Assembly (NCBI GenBank): GCA_016840085.1 | Contig: JAEOTA010000018.1 | Location: 140,888-204,887 of the forward strand | Direction: 5' to 3' | From: Promethearchaeota archaeon | Lineage (GTDB): Archaea > Asgardarchaeota > Lokiarchaeia > Sigyniarchaeales > SOKP01 | Length of the DNA stretch: 64,000 bases | Shown here: piece after piece, positions 1 to 10,129 of the stretch | Layout: the number at the start of each line of letters is the position of its first letter | How positions within the stretch are numbered: position 1 is the stretch's first letter | The notes under the pieces: generated by a model | Told to the model about the DNA's origin: nothing | Database searches by the model: none | The model's input: only the letters and a program-made list of their open reading frames with translations | Position numbers and translations under genes: made by a program

Positions 1-27
1 TTTTTAGAAGGTAGCTCAAAAAACATA

Positions 28-1545
28 TTATTTAGTAAAATTGATATTATTATGTTCTTCTTGCTTCTTTTTAATAATTTCAGAAAGATCTGAGATTTTT
101 ACTCTCATCTGTTCCATTGAATCACGGTCTCTAATTGTTACCGTATTATCTTCTATAGAATCATAATCGATTGTAATGCAATATGGAGTTCCCAGTTCGT
201 CTTGCCTTCGATATCGTTTTCCTATAGAACCTGTTGCATCAAAGAAGGAACCAATACGATTTTCCAATAATTCTCGATGCACCTTTAAAGCTAATTTTCT
301 TATGTTTTCTTTATTTCTAACGAGGGGAAATACTGCCACAGTATTTGGTGCTAAATTTGGATTTATCTTTAGAATTAATCTTCCCTCTTCAACATTAAAA
401 GTAGATTCGAGTAAAGTATAAATAATTCTATCGATCCCAAACGCGATTTCAAGAACTTGGGGTATTTCCTTTACGGTCGGGTCGACACCCATACTTACTT
501 CAAAATTTTGTTTTGAATATTCGGCATGTCTTTTCAAGTCATAATCAGTCCTATCATGTATCCCACATATCTCAACCCATCCATATTGCATTGTTTTAAT
601 TTCTAAATCCCACGCATCATCAGCATAATGAGCTCGTTCATTAAGAGAATGCTGCCTAAATCGAATTAATTCTTCAGGAATACCTAAAATTTTTGTAAGA
701 TAATAAGACACATAAAGACAATATGCATAAGCAGGTTTTTTAAGAATTTTATCTATGATAGCTTTTTCAAGAGAAATAAGATTTGGCTTGTTAATACCAT
801 TTTCTTGGAGTTTCCAATCTAAAAGTGGTAATGCATTATTCTTTACTTCTTCGTAATCTTCATATTCCATTTCTTGTTCTCTACTGATAAATATTTGAAG
901 TTCGAATTGATCAAATGACCTCATTCGGAGAACTCCTTGTCTAGGTGAGATTTCATTTCTATAAGCTTTACCATATTGGTAAATTTTGATAGGATATTGC
1001 CTACGCGCATCTTGATCCAAGCGATTGAAAAGTAAATATGTAGTTGTTGCTGTTTCAGGGCGTAAATAAGCAATAACATTATTTCCCACAGAGGTTTTCA
1101 ACATCAAATTATATTCTTCAATTTTTTGCATACTATTTCCGCATTTGGGGCAAATTAATTTATGTTTTTTAATTAGTTTCTCCATTTCCTCAAATGACAA
1201 ACCATCAACCATAAGATCAGGAAGATTTTCTTGAAGAAATTTATCTGCTCGATATAATGTATTGCATTTAATACACCTCATTACTGGATCAATAAATCTT
1301 TCTAAGTGCCCTGAAGCTTCCCAAACGATACTTGGCATGATTGTAGGGCACTCAACCTCTCCAAATCCAAAATATCGACATTCTTTTCTAAATAGAGCTA
1401 AGATATTATTTTTAAGTGCCATCCCTGCTGGACCATAGGAATAGAAACCTGCAAATCCTCCATAAATCTCTGGAGAAGGTCCCCACACGAATCCTCGGCG
1501 TTTTAGTAATGAATTAAACGTATCAATGCTATTCTCGATTTTCAT
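28..1545 (-). CDS. glyS: Glycine--tRNA ligase (archaeal/eukaryotic alpha2 type)
   Basis: Motifs LKRRGF..PSPEIYGG, YLRPETA, YRNEISPRQG.LRMR.F and E..FGIDR, plus C-terminal anticodon domain GSIGKRYRRQDELGTPYCITID. Confidence 0.95.
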   Translation of the reverse strand: MKIENSIDTFNSLLKRRGFVWGPSPEIYGGFAGFYSYGPAGMALKNNILALFRKECRYFGFGEVECPTIMPSIVWEASGHLERFIDPVMRCIKCNTLYRADKFLQENLPDLMVDGLSFEEMEKLIKKHKLICPKCGNSMQKIEEYNLMLKTSVGNNVIAYLRPETATTTYLLFNRLDQDARRQYPIKIYQYGKAYRNEISPRQGVLRMRSFDQFELQIFISREQEMEYEDYEEVKNNALPLLDWKLQENGINKPNLISLEKAIIDKILKKPAYAYCLYVSYYLTKILGIPEELIRFRQHSLNERAHYADDAWDLEIKTMQYGWVEICGIHDRTDYDLKRHAEYSKQNFEVSMGVDPTVKEIPQVLEIAFGIDRIIYTLLESTFNVEEGRLILKINPNLAPNTVAVFPLVRNKENIRKLALKVHRELLENRIGSFFDATGSIGKRYRRQDELGTPYCITIDYDSIEDNTVTIRDRDSMEQMRVKISDLSEIIKKKQEEHNNINFTK

Positions 1546-1670
1546 ATAGATTTTAAAAGTAATTGATAATATTTGTATTTTAAGAATTACTCAAATTGAA
1601 ATAAATTTTTATACAACTAAAAGATAATAATATTATATTTTTTTAAAGTTAAAAAAAAAATTGATGAGAT

Positions 1671-2522
1671 ATGTTATTCCAAGAAACTCCATTTAGCCAA
1701 TTTAACGTATGGGATTTAATAGAATCTGGTCTATACTTCATCATTGCTGGATATTTCGCTTTATTGTTTTTCTATTTCCTTTTCATAAGATTTCGAACTT
1801 CTAAAAAGCTATATTGGTTATATTTTAGTGTGTTATTTTTATGTTTAGGAATTGGACGCGTATTTTTCATTGTATATTACTTTTATGCTCCAGAATTATA
1901 CACTGGTACAAATGATGTTGAAGTCGTATCTTTCCTGATGTTTAACTATCGCATGGCTACATTTTTTACGTGGATTGGAATTGCATGTGCTGTGGGAGTT
2001 TTAGGGATATTACTTTTTCCTCCTGATACAGAAATAGAAAAAACTGGTAAATCACTTAAAGAATGGTTTAGAAATAAAAATAATATTAAATTATTAATTC
2101 GATTAGGACTTATAACGATTCCAGTAATTATTGGAATACTTGCATTAACATTGTCAGATGGTTATTTCATTGATCCTGATTTCTTGGAGACTTACAATAT
2201 TACTATAGAACCAATAACAGTAAGAATTGGAGGATGGGAATATCCTATTGGTAGGCTTCTTTTGAATTTTGTATTTTTACCAATATTTGTGGCAATTATT
2301 CCTTTTATCTTTATTTACCTTGCCTGGAAAACTTTCGGTGTTTTAAGAAAATCTTATGCCTTGAATGCTATTGGATTCTTTCTCTATTTTATAGGCAGAA
2401 TATCCCAAGGGGTTCTTGATATTGCGGGATTGCCACATTTTGATGCTATACTACCTCCACTGTTAATCTTATTGGCTCTCCTCCTTATGGTAATTGCCAA
2501 TAACTATGAACAACTAAAATAG
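1671..2522 (+). CDS. Multi-pass membrane protein (about 7 TM), function unknown
   Basis: 283-aa ORF with about seven hydrophobic segments. Confidence 0.7.
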   Translation: MLFQETPFSQFNVWDLIESGLYFIIAGYFALLFFYFLFIRFRTSKKLYWLYFSVLFLCLGIGRVFFIVYYFYAPELYTGTNDVEVVSFLMFNYRMATFFTWIGIACAVGVLGILLFPPDTEIEKTGKSLKEWFRNKNNIKLLIRLGLITIPVIIGILALTLSDGYFIDPDFLETYNITIEPITVRIGGWEYPIGRLLLNFVFLPIFVAIIPFIFIYLAWKTFGVLRKSYALNAIGFFLYFIGRISQGVLDIAGLPHFDAILPPLLILLALLLMVIANNYEQLK

Positions 2523-2709
2523 CGACAATTTCATTTTACTTTTTCATATTTTTGGGAAAACTCTTTTTTATTATTTACATAAATTTATTAGACAAAGATT
2601 TAGTATAGAATTCAATTTCAAAAAGATTAAAATTTTAAAACTGAATCTCTTTAAATTTAATATATTTAAATTAATATAAAATAAATAGAAAAAAAATAAA
2701 AGATAATTC

Positions 2710-4338
2710 ATGACAGTCCATGGGAACCAATATTTATTACCTTTTTTTATTAATAAAGTCACAGGGCGCCCAACAATTCAAGGAAATGATGAACTATCTC
2801 TTTCATTTTATCTTTTAACAAAAGATTTAGGGAAAAATCATAAAATTATTTCTTTTTCAAGACTTCTTTGGCCAATCTTAAGCATCCAAGGAGTAATTAG
2901 TACTCATATAATGTTAGATGGATTAAATTTACTAAACAAAAAAGATAGACTCTCAAATCCACCACGACAACCTATGGTAGGTCATATTCTTAGAAATATT
3001 GAAAATAGGAATAAAATTGAACAATTGAATAAATTGATAGATGTATTAACATATAAAGACACTAAAGCTGAAGAAATAGGAGAAGGGGAAGAATCAGAAT
3101 TTCAAACATTACAAATCAATGGTTTAATTTATCCTGGATTTCTTCAAGCATTAGTTAAGATAATTCCTTTAATTGAATATAACCCAATTTCTGATTATAC
3201 TGTATTAGATACATCCATTACTACTGAAATTGCTTTAAATATATCAGAAAGGTATCGCGAAATAATAAATACAATGAAAGGCAATGCATTAAGATGGAAA
3301 ACTCAAATAGATTTAATAGAAAAAGAGGTATCAAAATGGCTAATAGATCTAAACGTTCAATTAAAAGATGTTGACTCTAGATATTCAAGTCAAATTACAA
3401 AAACTTCTTCAACAATAGTTCCAAGTCAGGTTGATCAGCAATTAAAATTAGAACAAGATAAGGTTGATCAATGGAATGTTAATGAGAAAAAGATTATAAT
3501 TGAGAACATAACAACTCTATTTAAGACTTCTGAAAGGCATCTTGAAGAAATTATAAAAAAAAATAAATTTTTTACATCGGGGGATTCATTAAAAAGTAGA
3601 GTTTATGAAGATATTATACCACATTTTGAAAATCATTTTGTTTATTTAAAAGAAGAAGTAATGAAGTTTTTAGAGTCTCTGGAATCATTAAATCAAAGAT
3701 TCCTAGAATTAAAAGAGCGCGGATTGCAAATTGATGATGATACTAAAAGAAAATTGGAACAATATAGAGAATCTATTAAAGTGAAGCTACAGGACAGAGA
3801 TAAATTATTAACTGAATTTGAAAGTGAAAAAAAATTACAAATCTCTGAATTATATTCTTTAAAAGAGCATATTGAAAGTTTATTTAATGAAATCAAAAAT
3901 ATCGTCCAAATAAAGCATAATACGTGTTTACAAGAAGCTCAACAGTTAATAGCATGGTCTCTAAATGATAATCAATCAGATTTATTTTCTAGACCTATAC
4001 AATGGATTTATATACCTGTTTATGCGATATTTTTTGAAGATGAGAATAATTCTGAAGAATATATGCACGTGCTATTTCCTGGATACATTAATAATGACCC
4101 GAATGCGATATATGAAGAAATTTCGGATCAATTCGTAGCTTTGAAAAATATGGTATATGAAAAACTTGAAAGTGATATGGCCACCAGGTCAAACTTTGAA
4201 TTTTCTTGTGAAAGGAAAAATTTAATTAAAGATCCAAACTTTGCAAAGAGAATTCAAATAGGGCTTTCAAAATTAAGAGAAAATGCAATTTTAACTGATG
4301 ACATTGAAAAAAAGGTAAGAGAATATATTAATTTATAA
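2710..4338 (+). CDS. Hypothetical protein with long central coiled coil
   Basis: 542-aa ORF with an E/K/L/Q-rich heptad region. Confidence 0.7.
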   Translation: MTVHGNQYLLPFFINKVTGRPTIQGNDELSLSFYLLTKDLGKNHKIISFSRLLWPILSIQGVISTHIMLDGLNLLNKKDRLSNPPRQPMVGHILRNIENRNKIEQLNKLIDVLTYKDTKAEEIGEGEESEFQTLQINGLIYPGFLQALVKIIPLIEYNPISDYTVLDTSITTEIALNISERYREIINTMKGNALRWKTQIDLIEKEVSKWLIDLNVQLKDVDSRYSSQITKTSSTIVPSQVDQQLKLEQDKVDQWNVNEKKIIIENITTLFKTSERHLEEIIKKNKFFTSGDSLKSRVYEDIIPHFENHFVYLKEEVMKFLESLESLNQRFLELKERGLQIDDDTKRKLEQYRESIKVKLQDRDKLLTEFESEKKLQISELYSLKEHIESLFNEIKNIVQIKHNTCLQEAQQLIAWSLNDNQSDLFSRPIQWIYIPVYAIFFEDENNSEEYMHVLFPGYINNDPNAIYEEISDQFVALKNMVYEKLESDMATRSNFEFSCERKNLIKDPNFAKRIQIGLSKLRENAILTDDIEKKVREYINL

Positions 4339-4352
4339 TCTTAATCATTGTT

Positions 4353-5054
4353 TTGTTGCTTCTAAGTATGCCAAGTTCTAAAATAGAACGGAGAAAAAAG
4401 TTAGATATTAAAAAAAGGAAAATAAGAACTTTTTTTCTATCTATAGAAACTAAAAAGAAAAAAAAAGAAGTAATAGATAAAGCAACAGAAGAACTCTACC
4501 AGGATGGGATGATCTATTACCAAATGAGATTACCTGTTGAAAAAATTACTAAAGAATTTGAAAACAAATTGAAAGAAAAAATCGAACATAATATAATTCA
4601 AGCGAAAATCAGAGAAGCTACTATAAAAGATCTCGACACTCTTAAAAATATATATAATAGGGCTTGGCTCACCAGTAACACCCCCTTCAGACCAATTAGT
4701 AAAACTGATCTTCAAAAAATCTTAGAATATTCTGATACCATTTTTTTAATAGCGAAAGTATATGGTGTAGATGCTGCATTTGTGCTCCTAGATTTTGAAG
4801 GCGAGAATAGAGAATATGCAATAATAGCTGCTTTAGCTGTTATTCCTAGATTCCAGAGGCGTGGAGTAGGAACAATTTTAGGGGTAAATATATGGAATTA
4901 TTTAAAACAAAATTATAATAATGTTAAGGAAATTAGATGTGAAGTTTATAAAGACAATAATGTTTCATATGCTTTTATTAAAGGTATTGGTTTTGAAGAA
5001 TATGATAAAAAGGTCTATAAGGTAGAAGATTTTGAGATAGAAAATAATCACTAA
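4353..5054 (+). CDS. GNAT-family N-acetyltransferase (start uncertain; ATG 4368 or later)
   Basis: AcCoA-binding motif V.PRFQRRGVG and C-terminal N..S..F...GF. Confidence 0.8.
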   Translation: MLLLSMPSSKIERRKKLDIKKRKIRTFFLSIETKKKKKEVIDKATEELYQDGMIYYQMRLPVEKITKEFENKLKEKIEHNIIQAKIREATIKDLDTLKNIYNRAWLTSNTPFRPISKTDLQKILEYSDTIFLIAKVYGVDAAFVLLDFEGENREYAIIAALAVIPRFQRRGVGTILGVNIWNYLKQNYNNVKEIRCEVYKDNNVSYAFIKGIGFEEYDKKVYKVEDFEIENNH

Positions 5055-5085
5055 TATGTAAATAAGATTTTAAGATATATTATTT

Positions 5086-6528
5086 TTAAAGAAGATAATT
5101 ATTCTTATTATTTGTTATAGATTTTATTTTTTCCTCTAATAAATTTACATTATACTCATCATTTAATTCTAAATAATGAGTTCTTGCATTATCGAAATTT
5201 CTCAAGGCTAAATCTTTCAAACCTCTATTTAGGTAAATATCACCCATTTTATGTAGAACTATAGCTGCCTCTTTAATATAGCCTTTATGCTCGTAAATAT
5301 TTAATGCTTCGTCAAAATGATTTATCGCTTCTACATTATTTTCTATAAATTCTAAAAAAATTTTACCAACTTTAAATTTTAGTTCAGCTTTTTTATAATC
5401 ATCTCCAAATTTATGAAATATCTCACTTGACAGATTATAATATTCAATTGCCCTTTCAATTTCTCCTTTTGTCATATATAATTCTGCTAAATTTTCTAAA
5501 ATCTCACCTTCATTAATATTATCACCGATTTCAAATATACGAACAGCCTCAAGACTTTTAAGTAAAAAAGTTTCTGCTTTAGTCGAATTATTCCATAACA
5601 TATCTAATTTTCCTAGATAAAAATAACATTCCCATTCCAGTTTAGATTTCAGGTAAATAGATATTTTTTCTTTTACTCTACTAATCAACTCTATAGCGTT
5701 ATTTAAATGTTCATATGCTAGATCATAATCTTCACCAATAAGATAATATAATTTCCCATACTTAATATCTGACTGAATTATACCATAATAATCATCATGT
5801 TCTTTGAAGAATTTGATATTTCTCGTTAAAATTCTTTTTATTCGTTCATAATCTTTTAGTAAATAAAGAACCTCTATTAGATTACTAGACGATTTTATTT
5901 CCTCATAAAGTAGATTTTCTTGCTTAGATAATTTAATAGCTTCTTGGTAATATTCATAAGAATGCTCTAAATCTTTGATAACAAAATATACGTTTCCTAG
6001 ATTATTCAAAATTTTATTCACTTTTTCAGTTTCATCGAGATCTTTAAGAATTTCAAGAGATCTATTAAAATGATATATTGCTTGATCGAAAAATCCAATA
6101 TCTTCCTGAATCAGACCTATTTCATTATGACAGATTGCTATATTAAGCAGTTCATTTTCTTCTTTGAAATTTTTTAGTGCTAACTCAAGGTTCTTCATTG
6201 CATTAGTAAAATCTCTTTTTTTATAATAGAGACTTGATTTTTCTATCAATAATGCGCCAGGTATAGGTTCCCCTAATTCTTCTTTACTTGATAACTTATC
6301 ATCAACTTCTTGTATCATTCGGTCAATTTCCTTATCTTCTATAATAGAATTATCATAAAATTCTTCTTCTGCTTCTAATTCAATATAAGGAACGTCTGGT
6401 TTATCATAAGAATCTTTTAAACTTCTGTGTAGTACATCTTGTAGATTTGATATTAAAGGTTTTTCACAAGATTTACAATAAAACCAATTATCTTCGACAG
6501 GTGAGTGACAATATGGGCATTTTTTCAT
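5086..6528 (-). CDS. TPR-repeat protein with N-terminal zinc ribbon
   Basis: CPYC-x10-CKSC at the N terminus followed by multiple TPR-like repeats (NEIG, NNLG, KVG, KMG). Confidence 0.85.
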   Translation of the reverse strand: MKKCPYCHSPVEDNWFYCKSCEKPLISNLQDVLHRSLKDSYDKPDVPYIELEAEEEFYDNSIIEDKEIDRMIQEVDDKLSSKEELGEPIPGALLIEKSSLYYKKRDFTNAMKNLELALKNFKEENELLNIAICHNEIGLIQEDIGFFDQAIYHFNRSLEILKDLDETEKVNKILNNLGNVYFVIKDLEHSYEYYQEAIKLSKQENLLYEEIKSSSNLIEVLYLLKDYERIKRILTRNIKFFKEHDDYYGIIQSDIKYGKLYYLIGEDYDLAYEHLNNAIELISRVKEKISIYLKSKLEWECYFYLGKLDMLWNNSTKAETFLLKSLEAVRIFEIGDNINEGEILENLAELYMTKGEIERAIEYYNLSSEIFHKFGDDYKKAELKFKVGKIFLEFIENNVEAINHFDEALNIYEHKGYIKEAAIVLHKMGDIYLNRGLKDLALRNFDNARTHYLELNDEYNVNLLEEKIKSITNNKNNYLL

Positions 6529-6599
6529 AGACTGGAGAAAACCTAATTTATAATTTAAATTTCTGAATTAAAAATGGGAATATCTTTATTTATAATTAT

Positions 6600-7316
6600 T
6601 TAATTCAATCTTTTAATAATTTCAATTGATTCAGAAATCCTCTTAATTTTATAATCGGGTTTAATTTCTTCTGATTGTAGGTAGGAAGAATCATTAATCC
6701 ATATCGCTTTCATATCACATTGTTTAGCTCCTTTAACATCTGTTTCTAAGATATCTCCAATATGGATTATATTAGAAGGTTTGCAATTAAATTTTTTTAT
6801 CACAGTTTTAAACAAAATTGAGCAAGGTTTATAGAACCCAATTTCATCAGAAAAAACCAATATTTGAAAAAAATTAAGAATATTATATTCTTTAAAGACT
6901 TTTTTTATAAAACTACCTGGAGTAATTCCTGTATTAGAAATGAGACCAATTTTATAGTTGGAAGATAGTTCTTCTAATGTTTGTTTAACGCCTGTTTTTA
7001 AAGATGGTGGTTCTGTTAACATTACTCTTTCAAATTCATCTGTGATCAATCTTTTGTCTGAATTTGTTAATCTAACGTTCAAAATATTAAGAACCTCAGA
7101 AACTCGTTCTTCTGTATAAATATGGCGATAATTAATATCTTCCAAATTAATATTAGATAATTTTAATCCCATATTAAATGCACTTCTTACATCCTCAAAG
7201 GAACAAGATATTTTCCTCTCTTTTAAAAATTTAGTAAATATTTTTAATCGAATATCTGAATAAAATTTATTTTCAAATAAAGTATTCCATAAATCAAATG
7301 AAATTGCTTCTATCAT
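6600..7316 (-). CDS. HAD-superfamily hydrolase
   Basis: FDLWNTL, ISN, KP and HIGD..TDV.GA motifs. Confidence 0.9.
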   Translation of the reverse strand: MIEAISFDLWNTLFENKFYSDIRLKIFTKFLKERKISCSFEDVRSAFNMGLKLSNINLEDINYRHIYTEERVSEVLNILNVRLTNSDKRLITDEFERVMLTEPPSLKTGVKQTLEELSSNYKIGLISNTGITPGSFIKKVFKEYNILNFFQILVFSDEIGFYKPCSILFKTVIKKFNCKPSNIIHIGDILETDVKGAKQCDMKAIWINDSSYLQSEEIKPDYKIKRISESIEIIKRLN

Positions 7317-7511
7317 TGCATTCTAAGTGAATACTATTGTATATTATATCTTAATTCAATGAATTTTTTAATATTGTTGGTTAAAGAGAATATTCTTCTT
7401 TAAATTGAACTTTTCAAGAAAATATGACACATATGTTATTTCAACAAAATAAATAAAAAAGACCAATTTTTTAGATCCTAATATAAAAAATATATTAATT
7501 TGTGAAAAGAA

Positions 7512-7664
7512 TTGGATAATAAACTGTTCAAAAAGACTTATCCTTACATTTGTAATGAATGTCATAATTTTACTCATACAGAATATCAGTATTGTGATAA
7601 GTGTGGTTCAGAAAACTCCCTAAGAAAAGCTGAAAAAGAAGATTATAAAAATTATCATAAATAA
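7512..7664 (+). CDS. Small zinc-ribbon protein, 50 aa (not in the ORF track)
   Basis: Hand translation from TTG 7512 to TAA 7662-7664: MDNKLFKKTYPYICNECHNFTHTEYQYCDKCGSENSLRKAEKEDYKNYHK; two CxxC pairs. Confidence 0.75.
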   Translation: MDNKLFKKTYPYICNECHNFTHTEYQYCDKCGSENSLRKAEKEDYKNYHK

Positions 7665-7845
7665 ACTATTAGAAATAACAGGGTTTATTAGAATTTTAAT
7701 TCTATCTTAAAAAACTGGACATAATTTGGAGTTTAAATAAGTAATATAAGAACTATAATAACTGGATAATTTTTTCTGTAAAATTTTATAATTTTTATAA
7801 TATTGAGTTATTCATATTTAAATTAAATTATAAAAATGCTCGAAA

Positions 7846-8628
7846 GTGAGTAAAAATATGAATGAACAAATAATGTACAAAACTGAAAAAGGAGTTTTTC
7901 ACATTATTTTGAACCGGCCAGAGAAAAGGAATGCACTTACAAAAATAATGTATACAGGAATTGCTAAGGGGATAGAAAAGGCTGAAAATAATCCAAAAAT
8001 CAGAATTATCTTGATTTACGGTAATGGAAAATGTTTTTGTGCAGGAAATGACCTAAAAGACTTTCAGGATCTGGATTGGGGATCTGGAACTAGACCCGGA
8101 AGAAGTTGGACAGAAGAGATTCTCAAAGCTAAGAAGCCAATAATAGCAGCTGTACATGGTTACGCTATTGGTGTTGGGGTAACTATGTTATTACAATTCG
8201 ATTTAGTCTATGCGGGAAAAGGGTGCAGATTCCAGTTTCCATTTGTGAGTCTTGGTTTAGTACCCGAGTTTGGTTCTACGTTTCGGTTACCTCAATTAAT
8301 AGGTTATCAACGCGCAGCAGAATTGTTTTTCTTTGGAGATTGGTTTACTGCTGAAGAAGCTGAAAAAATGGGGATAATAAATAAAATCTTCTCTGAAGAA
8401 AAATTGATTACTGAGGTAACCCTTTTAGCTGAAAATTTAGCTGAAAAACCTCCAGTAGCCTTACGAAAAACTAAAGAGTTAATTAAAAAACATTATATGG
8501 AATTATTACAAAAATTAATGCCGGAAGAAGGAGCAGAATTCGTAAGAAGACAAAGATCTCCCGAAGCCCAGGAAGCATTTAGAGCTTTCTTTGAGCGTAG
8601 AAAACCAGAATTCTCAAAATTTTCATAA
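7846..8628 (+). CDS. Enoyl-CoA hydratase/isomerase (crotonase; delta3-delta2 isomerase-like)
   Basis: LNRPEKRNAL, FCAGNDL, AVHGYAIGVG and LVPEFGS motifs. Confidence 0.9.
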   Translation: MSKNMNEQIMYKTEKGVFHIILNRPEKRNALTKIMYTGIAKGIEKAENNPKIRIILIYGNGKCFCAGNDLKDFQDLDWGSGTRPGRSWTEEILKAKKPIIAAVHGYAIGVGVTMLLQFDLVYAGKGCRFQFPFVSLGLVPEFGSTFRLPQLIGYQRAAELFFFGDWFTAEEAEKMGIINKIFSEEKLITEVTLLAENLAEKPPVALRKTKELIKKHYMELLQKLMPEEGAEFVRRQRSPEAQEAFRAFFERRKPEFSKFS

Positions 8629-8633
8629 ATAAA

Positions 8634-9551
8634 CTACTTTCTGCTTTTCTCATACTTTTTTAATTCTTCTAAAATGTGTTTATCCTGTAAGCCAAGTGAA
8701 TTTAGCAGCACGCATAATTGAACTTTTGCATTTTCTGCTTTAATTTTATTTGCTAAATATAACGCTTTAATATATTGATCTTTTGCTTCTTTGATTTCCC
8801 CTAAATAAAACAGTGTTTCACCAACATAGCTTAATCCTCTAATGATTAATTCAGTAAAGTTTGCATCAATCGCTACGTTAGTCCCTTTCTTAAAGTATCT
8901 GAGAGCTCGCTCAAAATGATTGTTTTTCTTCTGAAGGATTCCTAAGTTAAAATAGGAAGTAATAATACCCTTACTATCGTTAATCTCTTTAAACGCTTTT
9001 AAAGATTTCTTGTACAATTCAAAAACAATGTCCCATCTCTCCATTTTTTCATGAATGAGAATTAGATTTCCTAAGCAATCTAATAAATTATATATATCGT
9101 TGCTATCCGAACATAGCGCACTGCAATTTAAGAAAGTGTCACAAGCTTCGTCTAATTTATTTAATTTGATATAATTATTTCCGATTCCTTTTAAACAAGT
9201 AATTTGTTCTTGGACTTGTTTTAATTCTTCATAAATATTATACGCGTTTTCATAAGATTCAATAGATCTTTGATATTCACCCTCTTTAAAAAATAAAATG
9301 CTTAATACACCATAAACTGCTGCTTGACCTAATCGATCTTTTTGTTTTTTAAAATGCTTTAGACAGATTATGTAATTTTTTTCTGAGTCTCTAAATTTCT
9401 CCAATTGTGATTGGATTAGAGCAATATCACTTAATTCTTTAATATAATTTGAATTTTTACCAAATTCTTCTAACTCTTTTAAGTTTTCCAACTTTTTATT
9501 TAATAATTGCTGTAATTCCTCTTTTTTAAATTCAGTTTCATTCTCTGTCAT
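8634..9551 (-). CDS. TPR-repeat protein
   Basis: Repeating roughly 40-aa helical units (GIGNNY, CLGNL, FNLGIL, YVGETL). Confidence 0.85.
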   Translation of the reverse strand: MTENETEFKKEELQQLLNKKLENLKELEEFGKNSNYIKELSDIALIQSQLEKFRDSEKNYIICLKHFKKQKDRLGQAAVYGVLSILFFKEGEYQRSIESYENAYNIYEELKQVQEQITCLKGIGNNYIKLNKLDEACDTFLNCSALCSDSNDIYNLLDCLGNLILIHEKMERWDIVFELYKKSLKAFKEINDSKGIITSYFNLGILQKKNNHFERALRYFKKGTNVAIDANFTELIIRGLSYVGETLFYLGEIKEAKDQYIKALYLANKIKAENAKVQLCVLLNSLGLQDKHILEELKKYEKSRK

Positions 9552-9591
9552 AAAAATTAAATATAAATTGTATTTCCTTTATTTAATCCCT

Positions 9592-10026
9592 CTATAATAT
9601 TTCTTCTAAAATCTTTGCAGAATCTTTTACATATTGAAAGCACTTCTTTTCAAAAAAATCATTTCGATCGTAGTAGGCTTTTCCTTCAGGTGTATTAATA
9701 TCACAACCAAGCAATTCCTTACAGACTATTGAGTCATGAATTTCTTGAAATCGATTTGAAAATTCTCTTATAACCTGATACGTCTTTTCTCTCGCTTCTG
9801 TATCGTCATTTATCCCCATACCATATCTTAAACCAATAACCATAAAAGCCCCAGACACTGCACCACATGTATTTTGCAAATGTCCCATTCCACCTCCAAA
9901 TCCTGTAGCTAATCTTAGAGCCGTATCTTTATCTAATCCATATTGAGCGGCATAAGAACTTAATATTGATTGAGCACAATTAAAATCTCCTCTAAAGGAA
10001 GAAATAGCTTTTTCTATTCCGGACAT
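9592..10026 (-). CDS. C_GCAxxG_C_C family putative redox protein
   Basis: NCAQS, GFGGGMG, TCGAVSGA, C.ELLG and C-terminal Cys. Confidence 0.9.
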   Translation of the reverse strand: MSGIEKAISSFRGDFNCAQSILSSYAAQYGLDKDTALRLATGFGGGMGHLQNTCGAVSGAFMVIGLRYGMGINDDTEAREKTYQVIREFSNRFQEIHDSIVCKELLGCDINTPEGKAYYDRNDFFEKKCFQYVKDSAKILEEIL

Positions 10027-10129
10027 TTTGAATAACTCCTTTTTTTTATGAATTTTGCATTTTAAAGGTGTAAGAAATATAAAATTTCATGTCTATTATA
10101 TATCTAGTGATACAATAAGCAAATAATCA

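Noticed and set aside
176-421. Antisense and alternate-frame ORFs inside long genes (e.g. 3693, 14980, 19362, 24154, 28822, 42172, 47168, 61622)
   Set aside because: Shadow ORFs of well-supported CDSs with no independent motifs.
2571-2762. Short AT-rich ORFs (also 43816-44007, 53263-53469, 11286-11492)
   Set aside because: They are translations of promoter or terminator DNA with no motifs, or they overlap real genes.
7368-7577. 69-aa minus-strand ORF
   Set aside because: Low-complexity F/I-rich sequence that overlaps the better-supported plus-strand zinc-ribbon ORF.
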